From positions 32,116,001-32,180,000 of the forward strand of contig NC_042997.1 in assembly GCF_006345805.1 (NCBI RefSeq): a stretch of 64,000 nt of DNA. Direction: 5' to 3'. Position 1 is the first letter of the stretch. Each line of letters begins with the position of its first letter. This DNA comes from Octopus sinensis. Its lineage: Eukaryota. The notes below the pieces were generated by a model. It had not been told where the DNA came from and did no database searches. It saw nothing but the letters and a program-made list of their open reading frames with translations. The position numbers and the translations under genes are program-made. Of the stretch, positions 23,776 to 35,081 are shown one piece after another.

Positions 23776-25399
23776 TGTTAACACAGTAAAACAATTAAGG
23801 AAATAGATACAAACGGTTATACTTATACTGAATTTGAGATGATAAAATATTTCATCAGACCAATTATGACTGGACAATTTGAGATGTTGAAATACCTATT
23901 TTCATCAGACAAAATTTGATTGGTTAATTTAAGATGATGAAATATTACATCTGAAATATGCAGCAACGAATAATTTAGTTTATTTTAAAATGCATGTTTC
24001 CATGATGTAAATGAAATACATGCATACATGTCATTAATTGGAATTTCTATATAATGTATAAGCTAAAACCAAAAACCTTTCTCATCTTGAAAACTGTATG
24101 TGATGTCAAAAAAATAATTGTATATTTGAAGTCAGCATTAAAAACTACACCAAGTACACCTTGACATATGCTTGATGAAAAATACTTGTTGATCATTGTT
24201 ATCTGAAAAATAAGTATTCTAAGATAAAGATTCTTAAAAGGTGAAACTTCAACTGTGGGAGTTTTCAGCATTTCTATACTGATAAACTGTAGATATAAAA
24301 AACTGAACTTTACTGATTAATTTTTTGTTAAAACTACTTGATACAACCTTTTGAGAAGTTTCAGGTTCGTAAACTCAAGATATATCTTCAGATTATGTAC
24401 CTAGTATATAGACTAAACAAAGTGAGCACAAAATTCTTTTTCCTGTGACATTCATCCTTGCTTAGTTGTAAATTGCAGCAAACCTATAATCAATAATATT
24501 CCAACTATGACCATCCCATTTTTTTGTATAAACAGGGCATTTAGAATTACATCATTAGCCAACATGCTCTTCCTTAATAAGACAGTAAGTAGGGTATGAT
24601 TTGAAGGAGATTTTGCTGCTATTTCTAACAGACTGAGCAATCACACAGAGCAGGAGTTGGCAACATTTCTTGTGAAATGGACCACATGAAATATGGCTAC
24701 CACAGGTAGTCCATAACCGATGCGGAGGTTCCTTCATTAGTTTGGTTGCTTTCAGGAGTGCACAAAATTTTATGTCTGATCAATCATACATAAACATTAA
24801 TCAATCAATGAAGAAAAGATGACTGAAAAAGAGAGAGAAAAGTAAAAACTATCTCACATGAAACCCTTTCAATCAGTAATGATTGAATAGATGTAAAAGG
24901 TTTGACTGAACATTAGTATTACTTGTTATGAGCTTGAGTTAAATTATTTGAAGCGTTCTTCAGACTTTACTTTTACACTCCTGCCTCAACTTTTCCTGCT
25001 TTCATTCAATTCACTCTAAAACTGCTATCTTAAAAAGTAAAGATTCAGATTTTCTTTCCTATTCTGATAGAATAAACCATATCTTTTGATTTCCATTGAC
25101 CACATCTATTCACATGGTTTTAGTTGATCCAGGGCTATAATAGAAGACACTTGACCAAAGTGCCATGCAATGGGACTGAACCCAGGACCATGTCGTTGGG
25201 AAGTAAACACAGCCTTACCTGTACCTACCCATTCATGAAATTATCACATTATGGTTCTACTTCACCTGTGGACAAAAATACTTTGAGCTTACTACCCAAG
25301 ATGCTTTTTTTGTCCACAGATACTAGGAAACATTTTACATCTTTTTCATCCACCCTAACCTTCTTTTTCTATTTTCATCTATATAATTCTTTCTTATTT

Positions 25400-26045
25400 A
25401 CTGCCCACAAGGGGCTACACACAGAGGGGACAAACAAGGACAGACAAATGGATTAAGTCGATTATATTGACCCCAGTGCGTAACTGGTACTTATTTAATC
25501 GACCCCGAAAGGATGAAAGGCAAAGTCGACCATGGCGGAATTTGAACTCAAAACGTAAAGACAGAAGAAATACCTATTTCTTTACTACCCACAAGGGGCT
25601 AAACACAGAGAGGACAAACAAGAACAGACAAATGGATTAAGTCGATTATATCGACCCCAGTGCGTAACTGGTACTTATTTAATCGACCCCGAAAGGATGA
25701 AAGGCAAAGTCGACCTCGGCGGAATTTGAACTCAGAACGTAACGGCAGATGAAATACTGCAAAGCATTTCGCCCGGCGTGCTAATGATTCTGCCAGCTCA
25801 CCGCCTTATTTTCATCTGTATAATTCTTTCTACAATACACACAAGGCCTGAAACTGTTTTAGTTTTGAGTCAGGGAGGGGTCTAGTCAATGACAATGACC
25901 TCAGTGCTCAACTGGTACTTATTTTATTGACCCTGAAAGAAGGACAGCGAAGTTGACTTCAGAAGAATTTGAACTCAGATCAATAAGCTAGAGGAAATTA
26001 CTCTAAGCATTTTGTCTGATGTACTAAGAATTCAGCCAGCTCACT
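25400..26045 (-). mobile_element. Cluster of family-D SINE copies (core GTCGACTTTGCCTTTCATCCTTTCGGGGTCGAT)
   Basis: Three reverse-complement core copies (~25500, ~25685, ~25930); head (reverse complement) GGCGGTGAGCTGGCAGAATC at ~25790-25807. Confidence 0.8.
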
Positions 26046-27049
26046 CAATCTCTATAGTAGTGGCTAGTAATATAGTAATACCCCCCGCTTTTCTTCAGAA
26101 TTAATTACACATATATACTTATTTCTGTTGTTGTTGTTGTTTTAGACTCTGAAGAGCAATCTAGCCATTTTGCATATTAGAGATATTGTCCTATATGTCC
26201 TTCCATTTTTAAGATGTTATGGTATGATTTCAGGGACATTTGGTTACTTTTCATAGTATTTTAAGAGACTTTATGTAGGCTTGCTCTTTTGTATGTATGC
26301 AGGTATATGTGTCTCTGCATATTATGAATTAAAATGACAGAGCACTCATTGTTGAATGCTTGTGTATCATCCTGTAGCTTCAAGCATGAAGTGCAATTTT
26401 ATTTTGGAAAATGTTTACCTTTGTGCATGTATACACACACACACACACACACACATGCATGCACACAAACGTATTTAGGAAATGAATTCAGGAGTTTGAG
26501 GTAGAGAAGCTCTTCCAGAAGTAAAATAGGATAAAATTTGATTTTTATGACTATATCATCTTTATTTTTATGACTATGCCAACTATGATGTCTCTCTGCT
26601 CCCTCAGCCCTACCCCTAACAGATATTGCTCTCTGTTCTCTCAGCTTTAGATATACAAGGATTTGATAAACTAGTCTATAAATTAAAACTGATCCATAAA
26701 AACAAAAAACTCAGTGACAGGCAGAGTCTGTAACAATGTATATCTTCTTGATAACTTAGTAACTTCTATGTTGGAGTGGAGACAGCATGTTCTTTGTCTA
26801 TCTCCTTAACCTCTTGGAGATTTTAGGCATAATTATACTAATCTGTTCTAATTTAATTAAATTCTATATCTTTGTGCAGCTGAGGATTGCTCATTGTTCA
26901 ATTAAATGGAGTTGCATGAAACGATCGTACTGCATTACCTCTGGACCCCCTTGTTGCTTATTTTGATTTTAATCACCTTATTTTGAAATTGTATGGATAA
27001 TACCATACTAAATTCTGGTGCCTCAAGTTAAGTACCATATTCATCTGAA

Positions 27050-27050
<1 letters not shown>

Positions 27051-27082
<32 letters not shown>

Positions 27083-27088
27083 GTGTGC

Positions 27089-27156
<68 letters not shown>
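27051..27156. repeat. Compound (CT)n-(TA)n-(TG)n-(AG)n microsatellite
   Basis: Visible directly. Confidence 0.95.
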
Positions 27157-27159
<3 letters not shown>

Positions 27160-27207
27160 GACTCGAAACCTTCAAAGGAAACGCCTAATTTGTGATTTCA
27201 AAAGGAT

Positions 27208-27599
27208 CATATTTTCCTCAAAGTTATGAGGGAAAAACTCGGATCATATGAATCTTGTGAATTTTTCCGAAGTCCTCTCCCACCCCCGTTGCTTTCCGCA
27301 CATTTTTGTTTTCAGATTCGTTTCCTACGTGAGTGCGAAGTAGAAAGATATCCATATTCCTCAAAGTTACGAGAGAAAAACATCGAAGATTTTTCCCCAC
27401 AAATTTCTTTATAATCGTAATCTATACCGTTTTGAAAGGTATTCATATAAAATTTCATTAAAAAAAAACAAAACAAAAAAAACACACATTTTCCTAAAAG
27501 TTATGAGGGAGAAACATCAGATCTTGTGAATTTTCCGAAGGCCTCTCCTCACCCTTCCTTTGCTTTCCCGGAATTTTTGTTTTCATATTCGTTTCCTAC
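27208..27599. repeat. Degenerate direct repeat (~120 bp, offset ~277 bp) plus a partial third copy
   Basis: ATTTTCCT.AAAGTTATGAGGGA.AAAC...ATCTTGTGAATTTT...CCGAAG.CCTCTCC...TTTTTGTTTTCA.ATTCGTTTCCTAC at ~27208 and ~27485; partial at ~27353. Confidence 0.75.
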
Positions 27600-27734
27600 A
27601 ACTCTTTTTTTTTTTACACTCGTTGCACTATTGTTTTTTGTTTTGCGCTTCCGGGTAATAATGTCAACATTAAACAAAGATTTTTTTTATTAAAGCGGCG
27701 AGGCCTTGTGCCTATAGTTGAAAGGATCATTAAG

Positions 27735-29270
27735 TTGGCGAGCTGGCAGAAACGTTAGCACGCCAGACGAAATGCTTAGCAGTATTTCGTCTGCCGCTAC
27801 GTTCTGAGTTCAAATTCCACCGAGGTCGACTTTGCTTTTTATCCTTTCGGGGTCCATTAAATAAGTACCACATACGCACTGAGGTCAATATAATCGACTT
27901 AATCTGTTTGTCCGTCCTTGTTTGTCCTCTCTGTGTTTAGCCCCTTGTGGGTTGTAAAGAAATAGGTATTTCATCTGCCGCTACATTCTGAGTTCAAATT
28001 CCGCGGAGGTCGACTTTACCTTTCATCCTTTCGGGGGCGATAAATTAAGTACCAGTGAAACATTGAGGTTGATGAAATCAAAGTCCTCTCCCCCAAAATA
28101 TCAGACTTTGTGCCTGTAATAGAAAAGATCATTATTAATAAGGTGTCAAGCTGGCAGAATCGTTAGCACGCTGGGTGAAATGCTTAGCGGTATTTCGTCT
28201 GCCGTTACGTTGTGAGTTCAAATTCCGCCGAGGTCGACTTTGCCTTTCATCCTTTTGGGGTCAATAAATTAAGTACCAGTTACGCACTGGGGTCAATGTA
28301 ATCGACTTAATCCGTGTGTCTGTCCTTGTTTGTCCCCTCTCTGTTTAGCCCCTTGTGGATAGTAAAGAAATAGGTATCTCGTCTGCTGCTACGTTCTGAG
28401 TTCAAATTCCGCCGCAGTCGCCTTCGCCTTTTATCCTTTCGGGTTCGATTAAATAGGTATCAGTTACGCACTGGGATCGATGTAATCGACTTAACCCCTT
28501 CCCCCCAATTTAGGGCTTTGTGCTTCCAGTAGAAAGGGTTGTTATTATTATTATTATTACTATTAATGCGGTGAGCTGGCATAATCGTTAATATTTCCTC
28601 TGTCTCTACGTTTTGCGTTCAAATGCCGCCGAGGTCGACTTCGCCTTTCATTTTTACGGAGTCAATAAAATAAGTACCAACTGAGCACCGCGGTCGATGT
28701 TATCGAAAAGCTCCCTCCTTCCCCACCTCCCTCAAAATTTCAAGCCTTGTGCCTATGTAAGCTGAAAGAATTAGGATTATAAGTAAAATGCAGTGAGCTG
28801 GCAGAGTTGTAAATTCGTTGGAAAAAAAAAAAACTACTTGATGATTTTTGTTTAAACGCGTTTACATTATGAGTTCAGACCCCACGGTAGTCGACTTTAC
28901 CTTTTAATCCTTTCGGAATCGATCAAATGAAGTACTAGTTAAGTCCTTGGTAGATGTAATCGACTAATCCCTCCCACCAAAACTTTAGATCTTGAAATTA
29001 TAAATGAAATTGTTTATTGACGAATTCCCTATAGTATAATTTAGAACATATTTTCTGAGTAAATCAGAAGAATCCACACTCTCTGTTGGAGCTTATACCG
29101 TGTTTTCGATGTTAAATATTTCAATATGCTCATGGTTCAATTATCTGCCTCTGTTGATACTGTAGGCGATGGGTGGTAGAATCAGATGAATGTCAGTTGC
29201 GCTTTACGCTTCGAGTTCATTTCACGCCAGGGCCGACATCGCGTTTTATTCTTCCGGGGCTCGATATGAT
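27735..29270 (+). mobile_element. Head-to-tail multimer of family-D SINEs
   Basis: Heads (G/A)AGCTGGCA(G/T)A at ~27737, 28145, 28568 and 28790. About seven core copies (GTCGAC..GCCTTTCATCCTTTCGG), separated by ATT-rich tails. Confidence 0.8.
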
Positions 29271-30208
29271 CTGCTATATTTCTCTCCAAGATGTGTGGGA
29301 TTGTATTAATATTTAATTCTTGTTATTTAGTCGGAAGAATCGGAGCAGTGGTTATGACCTATGCAAACAGTCCTTAACATGAGACTGACCCAGGTGATAT
29401 TCAGCTTCAACTTCGCATGGGGGTGTCTTTAGCTAGGTGACTAAAGAGGGTTTTCCAAGGGGTTACAATGCAGGGAAAGAAATAATCAGAGCCTGAGAAG
29501 TGAAACACCATGAAGATAAAGTTAATCGGAGAAATGGGTTCACTCAGAGGGCTGGATGAGAGGTAATCTAGCTTGGTACTTCAAAGAATTAAAGGACGTT
29601 ATAGTAGTGCTAGAGTAAGTCGAGAGGAGACAGTCTCCATGTGCCAATTGTATCATATTGGTAAATATATATTTGCTGAGTTAGTACATCACTATCACAC
29701 GAGCACAGCTCATATCCAGATACTGACACATGCGCCACACAGAAATAGTAGATAAATCTCCCTCATATTACACGAGCTTAAAAACTATAATTATAATTTT
29801 TGGTGGGGGATATTCCCAATACAACGAAAAACAGATGGTCACAGATAAAAAGCTTTTCTTCATTTTAGTTTTTCCAGTCATTATTTCCATCTACAGGTTT
29901 TAATCTGTCTTCCTCAGTTCGACTTATTCCTGTTATTGATAATATAATATAATAATGATCCAGGAAACAAAACCTCGGAAAAAAGTACTCGAAAACTCAA
30001 GTGTCAAAAGTTGAAATCGGTCATTCAGAGTGCGAAAGCTTGACGTTTAAGCTAACATATGTAAATGTGGACTATAAATGGTGTCACTTCCATGTGTGTG
30101 TGGGTGGAGAGAAGGTCAGAGATGACTGTCAAATATTGAAATATTTAACATCGGAAACACGGAAGAAGCGCCAACAGAGAGTGTTGGAGTCTTGGAGGTG
30201 AATAAACT

Positions 30209-30247
<39 letters not shown>

Positions 30248-31340
30248 AGGAAGGAAAGAAAAAAAAAATAAACAAACTGAGTTACCGCCCTTGATTAGTT
30301 TTAGCCAACGTTTAGATTATGAGAGGGCGCTGTTTGTATTGTGATGATGCTACAGTAGTTTCTGCTAAGAGATTCCACGGTGTTATTTCCTACTCCCACC
30401 ACTGCTATTGCTACATCTTGCTTGTCACTCCCATCATCTGAGTCTCTCTCAGATAAATATTCTGTTACCAGTGTTGCCTACCATCATTGCAGCCTCAGCA
30501 ACGCATATATGCATATGTAGCATAGGAGAGAGCGTGCGTGAGCGCTGGCGCGTCACTGATGGACAACTCTACCTGACTTTGGCTTTATTATACAAGAGAA
30601 AACGGAAAGGAAGCACCGAGTATATATCTATCTATCGACCTATCGATATATATATATCTAAGGAAAAGGAATTACACGCAAAAAGGTGGGGGAAGAAGAA
30701 AAAAAAACAAGCAACAACTTAAAAAAAAAAACGAAGAATAAAAATCTACTCTACTCACATGTGGATATGTATCTATATAATACGGATCAACCCTGTTTCA
30801 AATCTACGTATGTATACATAATTATAAAGCTATAAATGTGCGTATATTGACATATATATATACTATAATCATCATACATTATATTTCTGTTATAAACTAA
30901 AGGCTGTCTGCCCTAACTGACAAGCTTGTTGAAGAGTTGTAATTAGTCTCTCTGGGAAACTTCATTCAACGAGCAATATAAGACCGGTGGATATTACACT
31001 TGGAAACGTCATAGATACTGGTAAACCAAATTCCATTTACCCACTTACTTGGTTTTTTTCACGATACGGGTGAATACATTTATTGTTTTATTAATCAAAT
31101 ATCACCATTATTCGAATTCTTACAGCCCTCAGCATTCTTCCCCTATCTCTCTATCTCTCTATCTCTCTCATTCACTCTCAACTATTTCCTTAATTCTATT
31201 TGAATAACCCTTCCAGCTAATTTGGATGTCAATGCGTTGTCAAGAGTGAAATTATAGTAAAAGAAATTAGTTGTTTAGGCTAAGTAAGACTTTTTAATTT
31301 TTTTTTTCTTCTTCTTCCAAACACATCTCGTCTAATCGAA

Positions 31341-31411
31341 ATGCGGTGTGTTCACATTGAACCCTCACACTTTCTATTCTTGTTACCAGCAGCACTGTAC
31401 CCCCAGCACGA
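31341..31411 (+). CDS. Candidate short first coding exon (MRCVHIEPSHFLFLLPAALYPQH-E), in frame with the large exon
   Basis: ATG at 31341; consensus donor GA|GTGAGT after 31411 (phase 2). Joining to acceptor CAG|G at 32761 gives E-F-W-M in frame with ATG 32768. Could be chance (1 in 3). Confidence 0.3.
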
Positions 31412-31418
31412 GTGAGTG

Positions 31419-31853
31419 ATGTTTGGTGTGACACAGGGCCAAGGGATGGCACCAACAGCACAACCACTGCCGCTACTGCTGCTACACCATATACGACAAT
31501 TCCGACAGCGACCTCTTATCTTTCGCTACAATCGTTATCACCAACCGTATATTCGAGTAATTCACAATAATAAGAATAAAAAATACACCACTAACATCGC
31601 TTCTACAAAGAGCAACAACACTAATAACACTGCCAATTGTGTAACTACTACTAAAGTCTTAGCATCTACAGGTACCCGCTTCATATTCGATCTAACTTCA
31701 TTTGTAACTAACAACAAGAACCAGAACAACAATATTGTTGCTGACAGTTCTGACTTTGGTGCTTTATATTCAATTAGTTCGTCTAAAGCTGAAAACAGTT
31801 TATCTTCCTTATCATCATATACAGGGTGGTTACAAAATAGGGGATCATCGTGA
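31419..31853 (+). CDS. Candidate upstream ORF / small protein (136-144 aa)
   Basis: Open frame in unique sequence; second ATG at 31446 in strong context (GGGATGG); non-repetitive N-terminus MAPTAQPLPLLLLHHIRQFRQRPLIFRYNRYHQPY. No homology recognised. Confidence 0.25.
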   Translation: MFGVTQGQGMAPTAQPLPLLLLHHIRQFRQRPLIFRYNRYHQPYIRVIHNNKNKKYTTNIASTKSNNTNNTANCVTTTKVLASTGTRFIFDLTSFVTNNKNQNNNIVADSSDFGALYSISSSKAENSLSSLSSYTGWLQNRGSS

Positions 31854-32767
31854 AGCTAGGAAACACACACACAAGCACGCAGACGTATGAGACTTAACTA
31901 AATATTTGCCCAACTAGATTTCACATAATTCGAAAACATAAATCAGGTAAAAACTCCCAAGAAAACTTTAAAAATTCTCAAACAATTTCATTCATAAACT
32001 CTGAAACAAATACAATGTAGTTTTATAAAGGAAAATGAAAATTAGATTAAATTATGGATCCCTTACTTTGTGACCACCCTGATTTTTTCTTTTCGCCCTT
32101 GTTTTCTTTGTGTTTGCCCTTATCGTCAACTGCTAAACTGTAACATGTTTGCCAGTTTTATCACCCATTATCGACTACTTCTCTTTTTACTTCTGTAAAC
32201 CATGAAATATAAACATAGCTAAATCCGTGTCCGTACTATTTCCTCCTTTTGTTTCAATTTTTCGCACCTTAACTGCAAATCATCGGCTCCCCACAATCAA
32301 CATGGTCAGTGCTTTGCTAATTGTTAATACGTGATAGTTGTTATATATTATTACAATACTTCTTGCTTGTTAACTTTTTTCATATGTTACTGATAAACAC
32401 TACAAATATTTCGGTTTAAACTGACAAAAGAAGCTCCCACTTTTTTCTTATATATTTTTTATTTTGTTTATTACAATTAAACAAATACTTTAAAGAAAAT
32501 CTGTTAAGAATTTCTCTTCCGTTGAGAAGATTCAGAGTGCGCAAAAAAATCAATAAATTTAGTAAACATACGATTCCGATGAAGATATGTAAATAAACAT
32601 TTCAGCATTGTACTAGGTCACATTCAAATAGCTTGTACCTGGCTAAAAAATACCCGGTTCGGGGGAGATATTTTTTTACACTTGATCATTCATACGCGTA
32701 CGTATATAGACATACATAACGTACTATCATTTTTTTAATAATATAAATTATCTACCACAGGTTTTGG

Positions 32768-35081
32768 ATGTTTGCTCTAACTAGATCGAAATCAATGTCG
32801 AAGAAAACTTCTAAAACGTCGCCTTCTTCATCACCGCTGTCCTCCGCGGCTGTGGTGAAGGAGGCAACTGACAGTTGGAAAAGCCGTAGTAATCGTAACA
32901 ATAACAATCGACACCATCAGTTACAATATTCAGCCAGTCACTTGGGCTGTAGTACAAGTATAAGCAGTGGTGCTAGTGGTCCCAAGGTAACTAAGAAATC
33001 GGCTCACTCAACTATTGGTGGCAATCCTACATCTATGACGTCCTCAAAGACTATGATTGATGGCAGCGGTGTGGCAGTTAATGAAGCTAATCTTGGTTTT
33101 CTTGGACGGCTGAAGAGAAAGTTTAGGATCCATACCAACAAAGGTAGTTACAGTCTTTGCCAGGAAAATTTGTCAAACAATAGCCATTATATGGCACGTA
33201 GTGAGAGCGAAATATATGACAATAATCATCACGCAGGACTTACTTGGAAAGAAACTAAATTACGTTCAGAAAGCTTACCCCGCACACGACAAAACCCGTT
33301 TTCGACTGTGAAAAAGACACCGCATCGGCAGAATTCTTCTTTCTGGGGAAGACATTTCCCAGATAACCAAAATATTGTAGACCCATCATGGCTCACTGAA
33401 GAATCCGACGAGGGGCAGTGTCGCCCATTGTTGAATGAATCAGGTGAAGTAAGGAATGATTTTTTGAGCTTGGATGAGTCTGCAATTGACTTGGATAATG
33501 AACCTGCAACTAACGATGTCTTGAATGATGAACCAGGTTATGAAAGCTTGGAAGAAATCAAATTAAAAATGCAGTTAAATCAATTAAAACATTCTTCTGT
33601 TTCTACTGTTCTTGAATGCCCTGAAACCCCTGATACAAATGACTTATGCTGCAATGGGGTTTCATTACAAGTTAAGTCCTCCTTGTTATCTTCAGCATTA
33701 CCAAAGAATGGCCAGCTCAAAAATGCAGACCATATTAATAAAAACTGTCAGAATGGAACAGATAACATGTGTGAATGTACCAAAAATTTGGAGCTACATC
33801 CTGCGGAATGTAATAATGATAACAAACTTGTGTACTACTGTGATGAAAGGATGTCACCTCCTCCTGCCTCGTTAGCAGCAACGACACTACAGTCTTTAAA
33901 TTGTTGCCGTGGTAGGCAGACAGCAGAGAGTGGTGCATCAAAAATATGTCTGAATTTACCAACTTTGCAATTCTCGTGCCCTTCAAGAAATCCTTCAGTT
34001 GATGATACAAGTCCGGATTCATCTGATCTGTTTTCTGATGAACTCTATGCAAATCCCCAAATCCTTATCCGCAAAAAGTCCCGATCAAAACAATCATTTC
34101 AAGAATCTGATCGAACAAGTAAAGGTTCTACATATGAAGGAATTGCAACAGGTGCAAGTGATTCAAATGGCAATTCAAAAGAGAACAACGAACAAGACAT
34201 GTCTCCAAAAGAAACACAAACTGACTTGGCACCACCATTGCCTGCTCGAAACTATCGCCCTGATGAGAAAGGAGACCCCGAGAAATGTGAATCCTTTAGC
34301 ACTTGGTGTAATGACTATGCTAAAGGAACCTCAATGGTGGAAAATACATCATCCGGGACACCTTTCTTCAACAACCTGTGTTTACCTGAAACTTCTCTCC
34401 CACTGCCTCCCTCAGATGTTCCTCCCCCACTCCCACCAGATAACCGAAAGTCAGTGTTTGCTGGTAGTAGTAGTTCAAGTGATAAAGTGAGTGCTAATGT
34501 GATAAATCCAATGACTAAACTTCGGCTGAATGAACAGCCTTCACTGGCAGCATCTTCTTTAGAGCAGTTGTTGCAAGAATCTTCAGTTGCTCCATCTTTT
34601 AAACGACGAGTTCTTGATGAACCAATTCATGCTTCCTTAGAGGAGGTTTTCCCCAGAATGCGGACACAACATAATCCTTGTCGATCAAAATTAACTGCTT
34701 CCTGGAATGGGGAGCGTTTAAATGCCAACACCAGTAATCATTGGGATTTTTTCATGAAGGACAGTCTCCCTAAGTCTTTGTCTTCATCAAAAGTGTTAGA
34801 TGAACCTATCCATGCATCATTAGATGAAGTATTTCCTCAAAGAAGGCAGAGGCAAAATACTAAATGGAATAGAAATAGTCTTTCATCATTGAACTGCAAT
34901 GGCAGACGTTTCCCTAGTGCTGAGAATAACTGGGAGGTTGTCGTTCAAGAAGGCAGCCCTAATTTATTTGGATGTACCCAGATGTTTCCTAGTGTTAATG
35001 GCCTGATCAATCCGGAGATACCACCACCATTGCCTGCTAAACGGAAAACTAACCAAAGTTGTTTAGGATCCTGCAAATCTG
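32768..35081 (+). CDS. Large coding exon of a host gene: ~771-aa disordered, Ser/Asn/Pro-rich N-terminal region of a probable signalling adaptor; continues in downstream exons
   Basis: 781-codon ORF in AT-rich DNA; acceptor ...TCTACCACAG| at 32760; donor TCTG|GTGAGT after 35081 (phase 1). Motifs PPLPAR, PPPLPP, PPPLPAKR; Tyr motifs YESL, LYANP, TYEG. Internal duplicated motif with synonymous divergence. Confidence 0.85.

Larger units (their letters stand above)
21060..24198 (-). mobile_element. Chapaev3-like (CMC superfamily) DNA transposon, complete outline, with two SINEs nested inside
   Basis: Degenerate TIRs TACTGGTCAACAA / TTGTTGATCATTG, identical 3-bp TTA flanks (21057-21059, 24199-24201), subterminal inverted TGCTGA(T/C)TTCAAA, transposase fragments between. 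Family name is from recalled motif and TSD pattern. Confidence 0.7.
29900..32760 (+). promoter_or_regulatory. Putative promoter, 5'UTR and first-intron region of the downstream gene
   Basis: Free of interspersed repeats and CpG-retaining. Contains an (AG)n tract, CGTCA (half-CRE, 30550) and TATCGATA (30641). Candidate donors at 31412 (GTGAGT) and 31947 (GTAAAA). The TSS cannot be located from sequence. Confidence 0.5.

Noticed and set aside
26930-27050. Minus-strand exon with donor GAG|GTAATG
   Set aside because: A single splice-like motif is expected by chance; no coding or transcript evidence.
32768-35081. Assigning a SOCS6/SOCS7 gene symbol
   Set aside because: No SH2 or SOCS-box exon found in the window; the resemblance is only compositional.
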